The notes below the pieces were generated by a model that worked only from the letters and a program-made list of their open reading frames with translations, had not been told where the DNA came from and searched no databases. This document shows positions 1-9,522 of a stretch of DNA of 64,000 nt, one piece after another. The DNA lies in the IMG/VR virus record IMGVR_UViG_3300037440_000315, positions 1-64,000 of that record. One strand, written 5' to 3'. Within the stretch, counting starts at the first letter, position 1; every line of letters begins with the position of its first letter. This DNA is from a virus. Its lineage: Duplodnaviria; Caudoviricetes. The position numbers were made by a program, and so were the translations under genes.

Positions 1-306
1 CTGCTCTATCGTGCTTGACCAGTAAGAGGTTTCCAGAATGGTGTGCACCAGGATGCCACCGATGCCGAGCGTCAGCGCAGCAAAGCCTGTCAACCACGCG
101 CCGGATTGAAAACTCTGACGGGCATAGACGAGACCGATCGACCCGACGAATGCCGACAGGATGATGATCGTAAACAGCACCGGCTGATCTGCCGCCAGAC
201 TGCGTGACATCATGACGATGAGGCTGAACATGGCGATATAGACGCCGGTCCAAACGACACGACGGCACAGAAGCGCCAAGTTGAGTTCCTTGAAAAACGA
301 CAGCAT
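1..306 (-). CDS. Multi-TM membrane protein, runs off the window start
   Basis: Manual translation from ATG at 306 (MLSFFKELNLALLCRRVVWTGVYIAMFSLIVMM...) gives about three hydrophobic segments. GGGGAAAG RBS upstream. Confidence 0.65.
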   Translation of the reverse strand, partial: MLSFFKELNLALLCRRVVWTGVYIAMFSLIVMMSRSLAADQPVLFTIIILSAFVGSIGLVYARQSFQSGAWLTGFAALTLGIGGILVHTILETSYWSSTIEQ

Positions 307-433
307 TTGACTTTCCCCTAAATTTCAGAGACACTTGATCGGCTTTTACGCGGGGACAATTGACGCGGGACGCTCACAAGAGGGGACTACACAGCCGGGA
401 TTGGCCTGCCCGCCAATGACCGGCTTTCGATTT

Positions 434-574
434 TCAGCCGCCGGTTCCTTCGACACCCGGCAGGATGCTCGCCACAGCGTCACGATATTCAAGAGCGCCG
501 AAGATTATGGCAGCCACGATCAAGGCGAGCGCGAGCGCGATCCAGAATCGGTAAGCTTTTAGGAATTCTGTCAT
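434..574 (-). CDS. Small single-TM protein (46 aa)
   Basis: Manual translation MTEFLKAYRFWIALALALIVAAIIFGALEYRDAVASILPGVEGTGG, with GGAG RBS. Confidence 0.55.
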   Translation of the reverse strand: MTEFLKAYRFWIALALALIVAAIIFGALEYRDAVASILPGVEGTGG

Positions 575-631
575 TGGGGAGTCTCCATTGCTGCCCGGCA
601 GCGTATTGCCACCGGGCTTGGGTTAGGGGGA

Positions 632-1375
632 TTAGAAGCCGCCGAGCTTGGCTTTGATGCCGACCATGACAGCGAGGGAATCCGTGTCGATCTCGATCCG
701 CTCCGGGCAATCTTCGGGATCGCTCTGCCACAGCGTCTGCGCGCCGTAGTCTGTGTAACGGCCCGCAACGGTCATGAAGATGTTGTTGGAGATGCGGGTC
801 TCCATGCCGACCTCGCCGAACCAACCATCGACTTCAGGACCGGCGATGTTGACAGGATCTTCATCATGCTCAGATACAACCGTGTCGCCGATCTGAGCAT
901 GTGCCCAGCCGCCGCCGACATAGAACATCGTGTCAGGAGATTTCAGGAGGCCAAGACGAGCACCGAGGACGCTACCCCACTCGTAATCGGTGGCAATGGA
1001 GTCTGTCTCATCGCCATAACGGATGCTAGCATTGAACTCGGCATCGCTCAGATTTACGCCGCCGAAAATACCGACCACGAACTGATTGTTGATCTGGTGG
1101 TCGTAGCCAAGTTGCGCTTCGCCAAAGAAGCCTTCGGCTCCAAGGCCATCGACATTGCCGTGAACCTGATCTTCATCACCCGCGAAATAGTCGAGTTCGG
1201 AGTTGAAGAAGTTGTAACCCCCAACTGCCCCGACCCATAGCCCGGTCCAGTTCACCTGTGCCTGCTCTGGAGCCGGTTCATTCAGTCCGTCCAGCAAGTC
1301 GGACGCGGAAGCCGCCGAGACCGAAAATAGTGTCGCAATTGCGGCGATTTTGATTGCGTGAAAAGAAGGTTTCAT
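632..1375 (-). CDS. Outer-membrane beta-barrel protein, Omp25/RopB-like
   Basis: Signal peptide (MKPSFHAIKIAAIATLFSVSAASA), NWTGLWVGAVGGY motif, GYDHQ..FVVG and GARLG strands, C-terminal Phe. Confidence 0.85.
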   Translation of the reverse strand: MKPSFHAIKIAAIATLFSVSAASASDLLDGLNEPAPEQAQVNWTGLWVGAVGGYNFFNSELDYFAGDEDQVHGNVDGLGAEGFFGEAQLGYDHQINNQFVVGIFGGVNLSDAEFNASIRYGDETDSIATDYEWGSVLGARLGLLKSPDTMFYVGGGWAHAQIGDTVVSEHDEDPVNIAGPEVDGWFGEVGMETRISNNIFMTVAGRYTDYGAQTLWQSDPEDCPERIEIDTDSLAVMVGIKAKLGGF

Positions 1376-1416
1376 GATAGTCTCTTTCTGCTTGCGATGT
1401 GTCCCTAGAGACACGG

Positions 1417-2028
1417 TTAAGCCACCTTTGCCGAGGTGGGTCTTTCCTGTTCTTCCCAGGAAATCCTGTTGAGAGTCGTCGGTCCTTTGTGTTCTGCGTC
1501 CCAAACGAACCACGCGAACGCCATGCCGGAATTTGCCTTGCGGCCTTCCCATCCGGCGCGATGCATCATCGGCAGGCGCTTGCGGAAAACATGAACGCGG
1601 GCGAGATCGCCGCTTTCGAGAATGGCGCGGCGGCGTTCACTCTCCAGAAAGGCGAGCCGCAAAAGCATGTAGACTTTCGGGCAGAGCTTCCGAGCGTGAG
1701 CAACGAATTCTTCCGCCAGTTTGAAAGGGGGATTGGTGACGATAGCCTTGATGCCGACCGGCAAGACCGTTTCCATGAGGAAGTCCTGCCGAGCATGGCT
1801 TCCGGGGCATTCGTAATCGACAAGATCGGTCGCGTGGACAATACGGCCAGAAGCTCGCAGGGCGCGCACGATGGCACCGGGACCGCAGGCAGGTTCCCAA
1901 ACCGACGTGGGAACATTTTCGATCGCCAATAGTGTCCAGACGGCTTCTTCCGGCGTTTCGTACAGATCGTTCCTACGCTCCGAAAGAGGCGCACGAGAAT
2001 TTCCCTGACCGCTTGCCATTCCAGCCAT
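1417..2028 (-). CDS. Phage DNA amino-methyltransferase (likely N6-adenine)
   Basis: DLYETP, WEPACGPG (SAM-binding motif I) and IVTNPPF (motif IV). Confidence 0.85.
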   Translation of the reverse strand: MAGMASGQGNSRAPLSERRNDLYETPEEAVWTLLAIENVPTSVWEPACGPGAIVRALRASGRIVHATDLVDYECPGSHARQDFLMETVLPVGIKAIVTNPPFKLAEEFVAHARKLCPKVYMLLRLAFLESERRRAILESGDLARVHVFRKRLPMMHRAGWEGRKANSGMAFAWFVWDAEHKGPTTLNRISWEEQERPTSAKVA

Positions 2029-2222
2029 CAGGATACCCCCGCCTTCCGCCATTTCTGTTTCGGAGATTTAAGAGCCTGTAGCCGTGCGTTTACCGGCATC
2101 CTCGCCAGTTCGGTTTCAACATCCCGCTCGACACGGATGATGTTTCCAGCCTCGTCCTCGTAGGCTATTGAGGGATTGCCGTTGAGGATGACGCGCTTGG
2201 CGTTGGGGGGGAGTTTCTTCAT
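2028..2222 (-). CDS. Hypothetical protein
   Basis: Start and stop overlap the neighbouring genes. Confidence 0.55.
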   Translation of the reverse strand: MKKLPPNAKRVILNGNPSIAYEDEAGNIIRVERDVETELARMPVNARLQALKSPKQKWRKAGVS

Positions 2223-2416
2223 GCTGCCACCGCCTTCCGGCGCATCTCACGCTCGGCAGCCAGACTATTCGCGACAGCAGGCTCTGCATGCTTTGTCCCG
2301 CGAAGGTCTTTCGCTATCTGACATGTGTTCTTTCCGGCTCGCCAAAGATGAAGGGCGGCGGCAAGTTCTTTGTCGTCTAAACGGGGATAAATGCCGGAGG
2401 TGTGAGCGTGCATCAT
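2219..2416 (-). CDS. Small HTH-like protein
   Basis: LWRAGKNTCQIAKDL; translationally coupled to neighbours. Confidence 0.5.
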   Translation of the reverse strand: MMHAHTSGIYPRLDDKELAAALHLWRAGKNTCQIAKDLRGTKHAEPAVANSLAAEREMRRKAVAA

Positions 2417-2592
2417 GCGGCCACCGCCATTTTCTGCTCACGGATGACCTTGTTCACCTGCCAGATGCTGACGCCGAGGCCCTGTGCGATATATTTCTGT
2501 CCCCACCTGGCCTGATACAGCAGGCGGATATTGAATTGACGGGCGTCCCTGTCGTCGCCTTCCTTCAACTGTGATCCGTTTTCGTCGAGCAT
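2413..2592 (-). CDS. Small HTH protein
   Basis: WGQKYIAQGLGVSIWQVNKV HTH-like segment. Confidence 0.5.
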   Translation of the reverse strand: MLDENGSQLKEGDDRDARQFNIRLLYQARWGQKYIAQGLGVSIWQVNKVIREQKMAVAA

Positions 2593-2748
2593 CGTCGTAT
2601 TCCGTTTAGCGTTCGGCCAGCAGGTCATTTGGGTGGAACCTGCTGGCCTAGGAGGTACGCTACGAACTACCAAGTACGGGGCAAGCGGCATGCCCCGCTT
2701 ACTCAGACGCCACACGAACGAGGGAGGTTACGCAGGGTACTAAACTGG

Positions 2749-2994
2749 TCAGGCGGCGGCGCCTTCATGCTCTCGAATGGAGCCTTCTGCGCCGCGCGCC
2801 CGTAAATTGGCGTTGTAAATCTGATCAACTGACACCCCCGCCAACGACATGATCAGATCCCAATACTCATCGGGTATGCCGTTCTTATTCCACTTGTAGA
2901 CGGCCCAGTGCGTGCGCCCGACTTGCTTGGAAAGCTCCACTGGTCCGCCGCAACGCTGGACAATCTGCTGACATGTGAGAATATGATTTGACAT
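2749..2994 (-). CDS. Cro-like regulator
   Basis: GGPVELSKQVGRTHWAVYKW..NGIP HTH; divergent from CI. Confidence 0.75.
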   Translation of the reverse strand: MSNHILTCQQIVQRCGGPVELSKQVGRTHWAVYKWNKNGIPDEYWDLIMSLAGVSVDQIYNANLRARGAEGSIREHEGAAA

Positions 2995-3008
2995 TGAATG
3001 GCATTATA

Positions 3009-3025
3009 TTGGACTATAATTCCAA
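3009..3025. promoter_or_regulatory. Operator TTGGACTATAATTCCAA inside the cro promoter
   Basis: 17-bp TTGGA-N7-TCCAA palindrome lying between minus-strand TTGATC (3027-3032) and TATAAT (3003-3008). Confidence 0.7.
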
Positions 3026-3080
3026 AGATCAAGCTTTTTTTTCCAGCGCCCTGCCAGCGAACTCCACTAATGTGGAAATC

Positions 3081-3740
3081 ATGAAATGGCATGAACGCAT
3101 GGTAAAATTGATGGAAGAGAAGGGATGGTCCCAGACCGTGCTCGCTGAGCGCTCGGGCGTCCCCTATCATTTGATAACAAAATACGCGCGTGGCGCTGTA
3201 GAACAGCCGCGCGGGAGCAATTTGCGTAGAATTGCGGAAGCACTCGGCGTATCAGAACAATTTTTACTTTTTGGGGTTGCTAGCGGGCAGAAAGTATCCA
3301 ATTATGTCCAATTGCCCAATAAAGAAGAAACATTGCGCGTCCCAAAAGTCACACTTGTAGATCTAGTAAAGTTTAAGTCGGGGCATGATATCTTAAATAT
3401 CTGGTCTGGGGAAATGAGCACAGCTATCGATACCGCGCATAGCGCTTCGAGCTTCACTGTCGATGTGGATGACAACAGCATGTTGCCGAACTTTTCTATT
3501 GGCGATACACTGATCTGTGATCCTGACGCACCCATAGAGCCAGGGGATTTCGTGCTAGCTGTGACGAACGGGCATCACAAGGCGGTATTTCGAAAGTACC
3601 GCGTCGCCAAGGTTATCGCCAACGGCGTGCCCAAGGTCGAGCTACATCCCCTCAACGCAGATTATCCTATCGACTTGATCGATGCTGACCACCCCGGTCA
3701 GATCATCTGCCGCTGCATGAGCGTGATCACGAAGCTGTAG
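3081..3740 (+). CDS. CI-like repressor (XRE HTH plus S24 peptidase)
   Basis: N-terminal HTH (WSQTVLAERSGV..), DNSMLP catalytic Ser, FRKY catalytic Lys, LHPLNADY. Confidence 0.9.
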   Translation: MKWHERMVKLMEEKGWSQTVLAERSGVPYHLITKYARGAVEQPRGSNLRRIAEALGVSEQFLLFGVASGQKVSNYVQLPNKEETLRVPKVTLVDLVKFKSGHDILNIWSGEMSTAIDTAHSASSFTVDVDDNSMLPNFSIGDTLICDPDAPIEPGDFVLAVTNGHHKAVFRKYRVAKVIANGVPKVELHPLNADYPIDLIDADHPGQIICRCMSVITKL

Positions 3741-3774
3741 CGAAAATATCACCTAAACATCCGATGTAAATAAA

Positions 3775-3831
3775 TTGGATTAAAATTCCAATTTCCACTT
3801 GACGCGCCCTTCGAATGGAATTAAATTCCAA
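3775..3831 (+). promoter_or_regulatory. Early promoter with two operators
   Basis: TTGACG(3799)-17-TAAATT(3822). Operators TTGGATTAAAATTCCAA (3775-3791) and ATGGAATTAAATTCCAA (3815-3831). Confidence 0.7.
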
Positions 3832-3932
3832 TTCATCGGCAGGCTTCCCCCCGGTCGCCGCCGATCTCTCAAAACCCAGACCCTGCCCATAAAGCTCGGT
3901 CTGGGTCCACTAAGGGATAAAGGGTCAAGGGA

Positions 3933-4352
3933 ATGAGCATCGATCTCCAGCACGGCACAGTAGAAGGCGTCATCTGCGCTCGCGACGGCTGCGAAGGCGT
4001 CCTTCACATTCCGCCTGTCGAGAACTGCTCCTGCCACATCAATCCTCCATGCGCTGCTTGCACAGACAATCTTCTCGCCTGCCCTGAATGCGGCTGGGAA
4101 GAAGAGCGCATTAGCTACGCACACTTCGGTGGCGGAATGGCAATCGGCCAGCCTTACAAGCGCCGCCCGCTTGATCCGACCAAGATCGATTATCGCATCG
4201 AAGCGCACACGAACTCGTCTCAGATTTGCTCCGGCGTCTATCCGGACGGAACGACGCGCAAGGAGGTCGAGGCCAAAGTTAGGGGCACATTCGGCGGGCG
4301 CTTCGAGCACTTCGCCAACGGCAAGTTCAAATACATCGCGTACACGGATTAA
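3933..4352 (+). CDS. Cys-rich (probably Zn-binding) hypothetical protein
   Basis: CxxxxC, CSCH..PPCAAC and CPEC motifs; RBS present. Confidence 0.7.
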   Translation: MSIDLQHGTVEGVICARDGCEGVLHIPPVENCSCHINPPCAACTDNLLACPECGWEEERISYAHFGGGMAIGQPYKRRPLDPTKIDYRIEAHTNSSQICSGVYPDGTTRKEVEAKVRGTFGGRFEHFANGKFKYIAYTD

Positions 4353-4459
4353 CCGAACACGATCTCTCTCCTCCCAGAGACATCGTGAACTGCAAGCCCC
4401 AGCCACCGTGTAGCCAAACTAACTAAGGCTGGGGCTTTTTTCAAAGAAGGTTGAGACAG

Positions 4460-4963
4460 ATGATTTATTCCGCCCCCAGCACCGAGCATCCCCAATCCAG
4501 CTCCGGCGACCAAAGCCATTCTGCATGGGGGCAGAATGCGGGCCAGCCAGCCTCTCAGGATAAAAGAAAGCGGCTGGCCCGCAACCTTCGCATTGCCCGT
4601 ATCTGGGGCTTTGCTTCGATGGTGGTCTGCGTGGTGGCGCTGCCGATCAATCTCAACAGTCTCGGCGCCGTCGTATTCGGCTTGGGCATCGCGCTTCTGG
4701 GCAGCGTAGCGGAAGATTACCGCAAGACGCTGGATAGCGCGGCCGCATTGATCGGCACACAGCAGAAAACAATATCGCAGCTCGAAATTCAGAACACCAA
4801 TCTTTTGATCGAAAAGTTTCGCCTTCTCCGCCTGCGGGGAAACACTGACCAAGCGGCTAACAAAGAGTCAGGCGGTGTTGAGAAGGTAGCGGCGGCGGGC
4901 TTGACCTCCGAACGGCATGAGTCCGCCGCCGTGTTTAATTTCCCGAATGGAGGCGAGCAATGA
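4460..4963 (+). CDS. Hypothetical membrane protein
   Basis: Two hydrophobic helices plus coiled coil; coupled to the next gene. Confidence 0.6.
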   Translation: MIYSAPSTEHPQSSSGDQSHSAWGQNAGQPASQDKRKRLARNLRIARIWGFASMVVCVVALPINLNSLGAVVFGLGIALLGSVAEDYRKTLDSAAALIGTQQKTISQLEIQNTNLLIEKFRLLRLRGNTDQAANKESGGVEKVAAAGLTSERHESAAVFNFPNGGEQ

Positions 4964-5304
4964 GTGAATTCGAAAACGCAACGCCGCGCCCTTGGACCAT
5001 CAGAGCATCTAGTGACGCGAGCGGAGATGTTGGAATAACGGCAGACGTATTTAACAACGTCTTAGCTGAAACGTTTGCTGATCTTCGCTTTCAAGGCGAA
5101 CGGAACACAGCAGAAGCCCGCGCGAACGCCGAGCTTATAGTCCGCGCCGTAAATGCATTTGAGCCGCTCGTGGCGGCTCTGGAAGACGCGCGGAAGGCGA
5201 TCTCGAACGCAATCGAGGTTGTCGGCTCCCGAAAGGGTGACCCAGAATTTACAACTCTCGCCAAAGTTGAAGCAGCACTGGCCAAAGCACGAGGCGAGCA
5301 ATGA
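4960..5304 (+). CDS. Hypothetical phage protein (TPxPW...ANAxLI family)
   Basis: ATPRPW and EARANAELIVRAVN motifs, common in early phage genes. Confidence 0.7.
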   Translation: MSEFENATPRPWTIRASSDASGDVGITADVFNNVLAETFADLRFQGERNTAEARANAELIVRAVNAFEPLVAALEDARKAISNAIEVVGSRKGDPEFTTLAKVEAALAKARGEQ

Positions 5305-5639
5305 CCACACCATCCGTAGAAGCCTACATCAGTTTAGACGGCGACGGCTACACGATCTCTGGCAATGGGGGAATGTTCCCCTGCGATCTGTACGCGGATG
5401 TTGCGCCGGGAATGATGCCGGGAGATTTCGAAATTCTCAGCGTCCGCGTTGGATCTGAGCATGTGACGTTTACCGAAACGCTCACCGGCGACAGGTTCGA
5501 CGAAGCCAAGCTCATTCTTGTTGCCGATCGCGACTGGTGCGAATGGGCGGAAGAACAGGGCGGCGCTACGGATGAAAGTCGGCGTCCTGCTGGCGGTGAT
5601 CCCGGGTCCACGCATGTCGATGCAGGGGCACGGATATGA
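5301..5639 (+). CDS. Hypothetical protein
   Basis: ATGA-coupled ORF. Confidence 0.6.
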   Translation: MTTPSVEAYISLDGDGYTISGNGGMFPCDLYADVAPGMMPGDFEILSVRVGSEHVTFTETLTGDRFDEAKLILVADRDWCEWAEEQGGATDESRRPAGGDPGSTHVDAGARI

Positions 5640-5866
5640 GCACCACCCGCGAGCGCAAGATCGAATTCATCGAGCATCAGTTCTCCTACTTGGAAGACGA
5701 ACGGATAATGCTGTCCCTGTTCCGCCGCGCTGGCCTCGACTGGCTCGTTGATGAGCAGTTGGAAGCCATCATCAACGAGTGGCTTGAAGTCCAGAAGCAG
5801 ACGCGGCGCATGAACCGGCAGAACCGGGAGATCGCCAGTGCCAGGCGCGCGGGAGATGCAGCATGA
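5636..5866 (+). CDS. Hypothetical protein
   Basis: ATGA-coupled ORF. Confidence 0.6.
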   Translation: MSTTRERKIEFIEHQFSYLEDERIMLSLFRRAGLDWLVDEQLEAIINEWLEVQKQTRRMNRQNREIASARRAGDAA

Positions 5867-6306
5867 GCGGAAAGTACGCACCAAACCTTATCGGAATGTG
5901 GAACCGCAGTGATCGCATGGTCCTCGTAAAGCAGGAGAAGAAGGCGTTCAAGACCGGCGAATGGGGCAAGTGGGAACGGTTCAACCTTCCGAACGGCGCG
6001 CCGGGGCACGGATGGACGCGGGATATCCGATGGACCATGCGCAACCTCTTGTACGTCGTCCTGTGCCGACCGGGCAAGACTGAGATCGGCGAAGTCATCC
6101 ACTGCGCCATGCGGACGGCATCAAGCCTTGAACCGCCGTGGCGCGACAAGCAGCGCATCAAGAACGAGTGCTTTGGTCCCGAGCGGGTAGCTGTCGAGGT
6201 CATGCCAGCGGATGACCGGCTCGTTGACGGAGCTGACATGTATCACATGTGGGTGCTTCCGGAAGGTTATGAGCTGCCGTTCTGCCTGAAGGAGCGCAAA
6301 CCATGA
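5863..6306 (+). CDS. Conserved hypothetical phage protein
   Basis: W..KQRIKNECFG..RVAVEV.P....LVD..DMYHMW motif. Confidence 0.7.
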   Translation: MSGKYAPNLIGMWNRSDRMVLVKQEKKAFKTGEWGKWERFNLPNGAPGHGWTRDIRWTMRNLLYVVLCRPGKTEIGEVIHCAMRTASSLEPPWRDKQRIKNECFGPERVAVEVMPADDRLVDGADMYHMWVLPEGYELPFCLKERKP

Positions 6307-6635
6307 ACCCTTACACCCTCCACCGTGAAGGCATCATAAGCCGGGAAGAACGGGACCGGCAACTCGCGGTCGGAGACCGCATAGAAGACCTATGCGAGAG
6401 CGCTCAGGACGCGGTTCGCGAAGTCATCCGCGTCGCCAGAGAGCATGGCCGGTGCCGTAGGGTATTCGGTGATCTGAACATCGAAATCTATGCGCACCCG
6501 CACCCTGCAGGCGGCATCTCATGGGGCGTGGATAGCTTGATCACGCATCGGAACACTAAGCGGGGGATCGTGGATGCCGACAAATTAACGGAGTTCATGA
6601 ATTGTTTCAACAGATTAGTGAGCAACAGAGCATGA
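6303..6635 (+). CDS. Hypothetical protein
   Basis: ATGA-coupled ORF. Confidence 0.6.
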   Translation: MNPYTLHREGIISREERDRQLAVGDRIEDLCESAQDAVREVIRVAREHGRCRRVFGDLNIEIYAHPHPAGGISWGVDSLITHRNTKRGIVDADKLTEFMNCFNRLVSNRA

Positions 6636-6883
6636 GCGATAGCGTCAAATATCTCCGCGATTGGGCTGCTGACATGCGCAACGTATCCGGCATGTCCGTC
6701 GATGCCGACAAGCTCGACGAGATCGCCAATGAAATCTCCGATCTTCAAGCCCGTCTCCGCATAGCAGAGAAGCGCGCGGAAGACGCTGAAGGCCGTGACG
6801 ATTTCCTTATGGAGATCCTTCACATGACGCCGGAGGAGCTTAAGGAACTTCGGGAACTGATCAAAGAGAGGAAGCAGTCGTGA
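6632..6883 (+). CDS. Coiled-coil hypothetical protein
   Basis: ATGA-coupled ORF with heptad pattern. Confidence 0.6.
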   Translation: MSDSVKYLRDWAADMRNVSGMSVDADKLDEIANEISDLQARLRIAEKRAEDAEGRDDFLMEILHMTPEELKELRELIKERKQS

Positions 6884-7857
6884 CGCAAGCTGACAATTAC
6901 ATTTTCTGGCGCGGCGCGCTCAAGGAAGATTACCCCTATCCGATGCAGGACGGCAAGTTCGAATGCGGCTTCTGGCGTACGAAAAACCGGGACAAATCGT
7001 GGTCGGCGGTAGCGATCTGGAAAGACGGCGAAGACCTGAAAATACTGGTCAATAACACGCTCGTCGAGCCGGAGAAGTTCGCCGGACGCTGGAACTATAC
7101 ATGGACGAGCCCGGTCACGAAAGAGGCTTATGACGAGTTCCGCCAGACGGGACTGTGGCCGGGCGAAGTCGCCGGGATCGGCCACAACACGCCGGACGAA
7201 TTCACCGAGCTGAAAGAGAACATCGAAGACCAGTCGGCGCAAGTCCTGAAATGGCTTGCGGACCTGAAAGAGCTGACCAACGACCGCGACGCCGACAAGG
7301 CCGCGAACTACCGCGACAGCCTGAACAAGCTCCACAAGAAGGCCGATGAGCGCCGCAAGGAAGAGAAGGAACCGCTGGCGCAGCAGGTTAAGGAAATCGA
7401 CAGCAAATACGGCGCGATCGTCAAGACTGCGAAGGATGCCGCCGATACCGTCCGTGACGCGCTCACGCGCTTCATGCGCCGGAAGGAAGCCGAAGAGAAC
7501 GCCCGCATTGCTGCCGAGCGGAAAGCCGCCGAGGAAGAACGCAAGCGGCAGGAAGCCGAACGCCGCGCGCTGGAAGATCAGGACATCGCGCTTGCTGTGA
7601 TGACACCCGCGCCCGCGCCAATCCCGGAGCCGGAAGCGCCGAAGCCGATCCGCGTCGGTGGCCAGCTTGGACGGGCGACAGGGTTCAAGACGCGGCATGT
7701 TGCCGAGATTACGGACTACCGCGCCGCGCTGGATCACTTCGCAGATCACCCGGATGTCAGGAACGCTGTGGAGCGTCTCTGCAGTGCAGAAGCCCGTAGC
7801 CGGACGCGCAAGCCCGTCCCCGGCGTAACCTTCAAAGAAGAGAAGTATGCAGCATGA
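6880..7857 (+). CDS. Coiled-coil recombination-associated protein
   Basis: Long charged coiled coil, GHN motif, C-terminal VPGV.F.EE; directly upstream of the RecT-like gene. Confidence 0.7.
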   Translation: MTQADNYIFWRGALKEDYPYPMQDGKFECGFWRTKNRDKSWSAVAIWKDGEDLKILVNNTLVEPEKFAGRWNYTWTSPVTKEAYDEFRQTGLWPGEVAGIGHNTPDEFTELKENIEDQSAQVLKWLADLKELTNDRDADKAANYRDSLNKLHKKADERRKEEKEPLAQQVKEIDSKYGAIVKTAKDAADTVRDALTRFMRRKEAEENARIAAERKAAEEERKRQEAERRALEDQDIALAVMTPAPAPIPEPEAPKPIRVGGQLGRATGFKTRHVAEITDYRAALDHFADHPDVRNAVERLCSAEARSRTRKPVPGVTFKEEKYAA

Positions 7858-8783
7858 CTGAACAACGTGCACTCACGATCCCGGCTGGCGGCAGGCTCGC
7901 AGCCATTACGCCAACGTCATTCGATGACGTGGCGCGCATGGCCAAGCTGTGCGTGATGGCTGGCATGTTCCCGTCAAAGGAAGAAAACGGGGAATCCAAG
8001 TCCATCGCACAAGCCACGATGGCGATCATGCAGGGCCTCGAATGCGGCATCCCGCCCATGCAGGCCGTTCAGCAGATTGCCGTCATCAATGGCCGGTGCA
8101 CGATCTGGGGCGATCTGGTTCCGGCGATGATCTGGTCAAACGGTCATGAAATCGAGGAGTGGATCGAAGGCGACGGCGACAGCCGCGTTGCGCACTGCAA
8201 GATCAAGCGCGGTGACAACGGCAAGGAAGTCGAGCGCACGTTTTCCGTCGCCCAGGCAAAGAAAGCTGGCCTCTGGGACACGCGCGAAACTGTCGAGCGA
8301 TGGAACAAGTTCGATAAGAAAAAGGAAAACAAACCGAACGATAACCCGTGGTTCAAGTATGACGAGCGCATGCTGCAGATGCGCGCTCGCGGCTTCTGTT
8401 CGCGCGACGCTGTGCCGGATGTGCTGAGAGGCATGTATCTCCGCGAGGAGGTCGAGGAAGAGCGCGAAGTCCGTGACATCACTCCGCACGTCGCACCCGA
8501 GCCACCGGCCCCGCCTGCGCCTCCTATGCCCCCAGAGCCACCGGCAATCATCGACCAGACGCCGCCAGAATTCGACGTTCCCGCCTTCATGGCGAACCTC
8601 GAAGATGAGCTTTGCGCCTGCCAGGATACCGAGGCGCTCGGAGAATGCTGGACCCACAGCGAAGCGACGATGGAAGACCATCTCGACAGGAACCAGCGGG
8701 ATGCAGCGCTCGATATTTACAAGCGGCACGAAGCGCGGCTGATCGAACCGGTCTCCGACCTTAAAGCAGCAGCAAGCGCATAG
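7854..8783 (+). CDS. RecT-like single-strand annealing protein
   Basis: AIMQGLECGIPPMQAVQQIAVINGR and W..Y.ERMLQMRARGF..RD..PDVL.G motifs; Pro-rich linker. Confidence 0.8.
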   Translation: MTEQRALTIPAGGRLAAITPTSFDDVARMAKLCVMAGMFPSKEENGESKSIAQATMAIMQGLECGIPPMQAVQQIAVINGRCTIWGDLVPAMIWSNGHEIEEWIEGDGDSRVAHCKIKRGDNGKEVERTFSVAQAKKAGLWDTRETVERWNKFDKKKENKPNDNPWFKYDERMLQMRARGFCSRDAVPDVLRGMYLREEVEEEREVRDITPHVAPEPPAPPAPPMPPEPPAIIDQTPPEFDVPAFMANLEDELCACQDTEALGECWTHSEATMEDHLDRNQRDAALDIYKRHEARLIEPVSDLKAAASA

Positions 8784-8786
8784 GGG

Positions 8787-9071
8787 ATGGTGATGGCAGC
8801 ACAAAACCAGCAGTTCGATTCCTACGAGGAATGGGTGGACATGGGCCGTTACTGGCTAACGGAACGCCAGCGGACGAACTCAAGCGGCCACCCGTACAAC
8901 TGCGCCGTCTGCTTCGACATGAAAGGCCGCCTCGTCGAATGCGGCGGCGACTTCATGCGCGCTCGGGATGATGGATCATTCCCTGTCCGCTGGCTATGGC
9001 CGGATCAAATCGCAGAGATCGGAAATCAGCACCCGTTCTTTCATGACGCTATAGGGGAGGAAGCAGAATGA
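8787..9071 (+). CDS. Hypothetical protein
   Basis: ORF within the operon; C.D.KGR..CG.DF.RARD motif. Confidence 0.6.
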   Translation: MVMAAQNQQFDSYEEWVDMGRYWLTERQRTNSSGHPYNCAVCFDMKGRLVECGGDFMRARDDGSFPVRWLWPDQIAEIGNQHPFFHDAIGEEAE

Positions 9072-9310
9072 GCCTGCGAGAGCGGTGCAAGAAGGTTTTG
9101 GACAAGATGGCGATGGACGGAATGCTTCGTCAGAACAGTCCTGTCGATACGCTACTGGAGTTCGTGATCTCCGAGCAAGGACGGGCCGCCGATAGCCGCT
9201 TGGAAGAGGCGCTGCCGCTATGCCTCTACTTCACCTCGGACGAGGAACGCGACGAGTTCATAACGCTCGTTCGCGATGCGAAGCCCGGAATGAGCATGAG
9301 GAAAGTCTGA
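9068..9310 (+). CDS. Hypothetical protein
   Basis: Coupled ORF. Confidence 0.6.
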   Translation: MSLRERCKKVLDKMAMDGMLRQNSPVDTLLEFVISEQGRAADSRLEEALPLCLYFTSDEERDEFITLVRDAKPGMSMRKV

Positions 9311-9522
9311 TGACCCGATACCGCATGAAGAAAGACGCCACCACTGAGCCTAAAGCAACTGCCGGCACCATCGTATTCTCGTGCGCAAAACATGACTATG
9401 GCCTCGCCCGCGATGACACCAGAATGACGGGTGTGCCGCACATCTCCGTAACGATGAAGTCAGACGGTGACTATCCATTTTTCACGGTGCCGAAGGACAG
9501 CGTTGAAGAGGTGATGGAATGA
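9310..9522 (+). CDS. Hypothetical protein
   Basis: TGATG-coupled ORF. Confidence 0.6.
   Translation: MTRYRMKKDATTEPKATAGTIVFSCAKHDYGLARDDTRMTGVPHISVTMKSDGDYPFFTVPKDSVEEVME

Noticed and set aside
6820-7872. Long antisense ORFs (also 45989-47026, 57427-58335, 61092-61922 and many others)
   Set aside because: Shadow frames of well-supported genes in GC-rich DNA, with no motifs or RBS.
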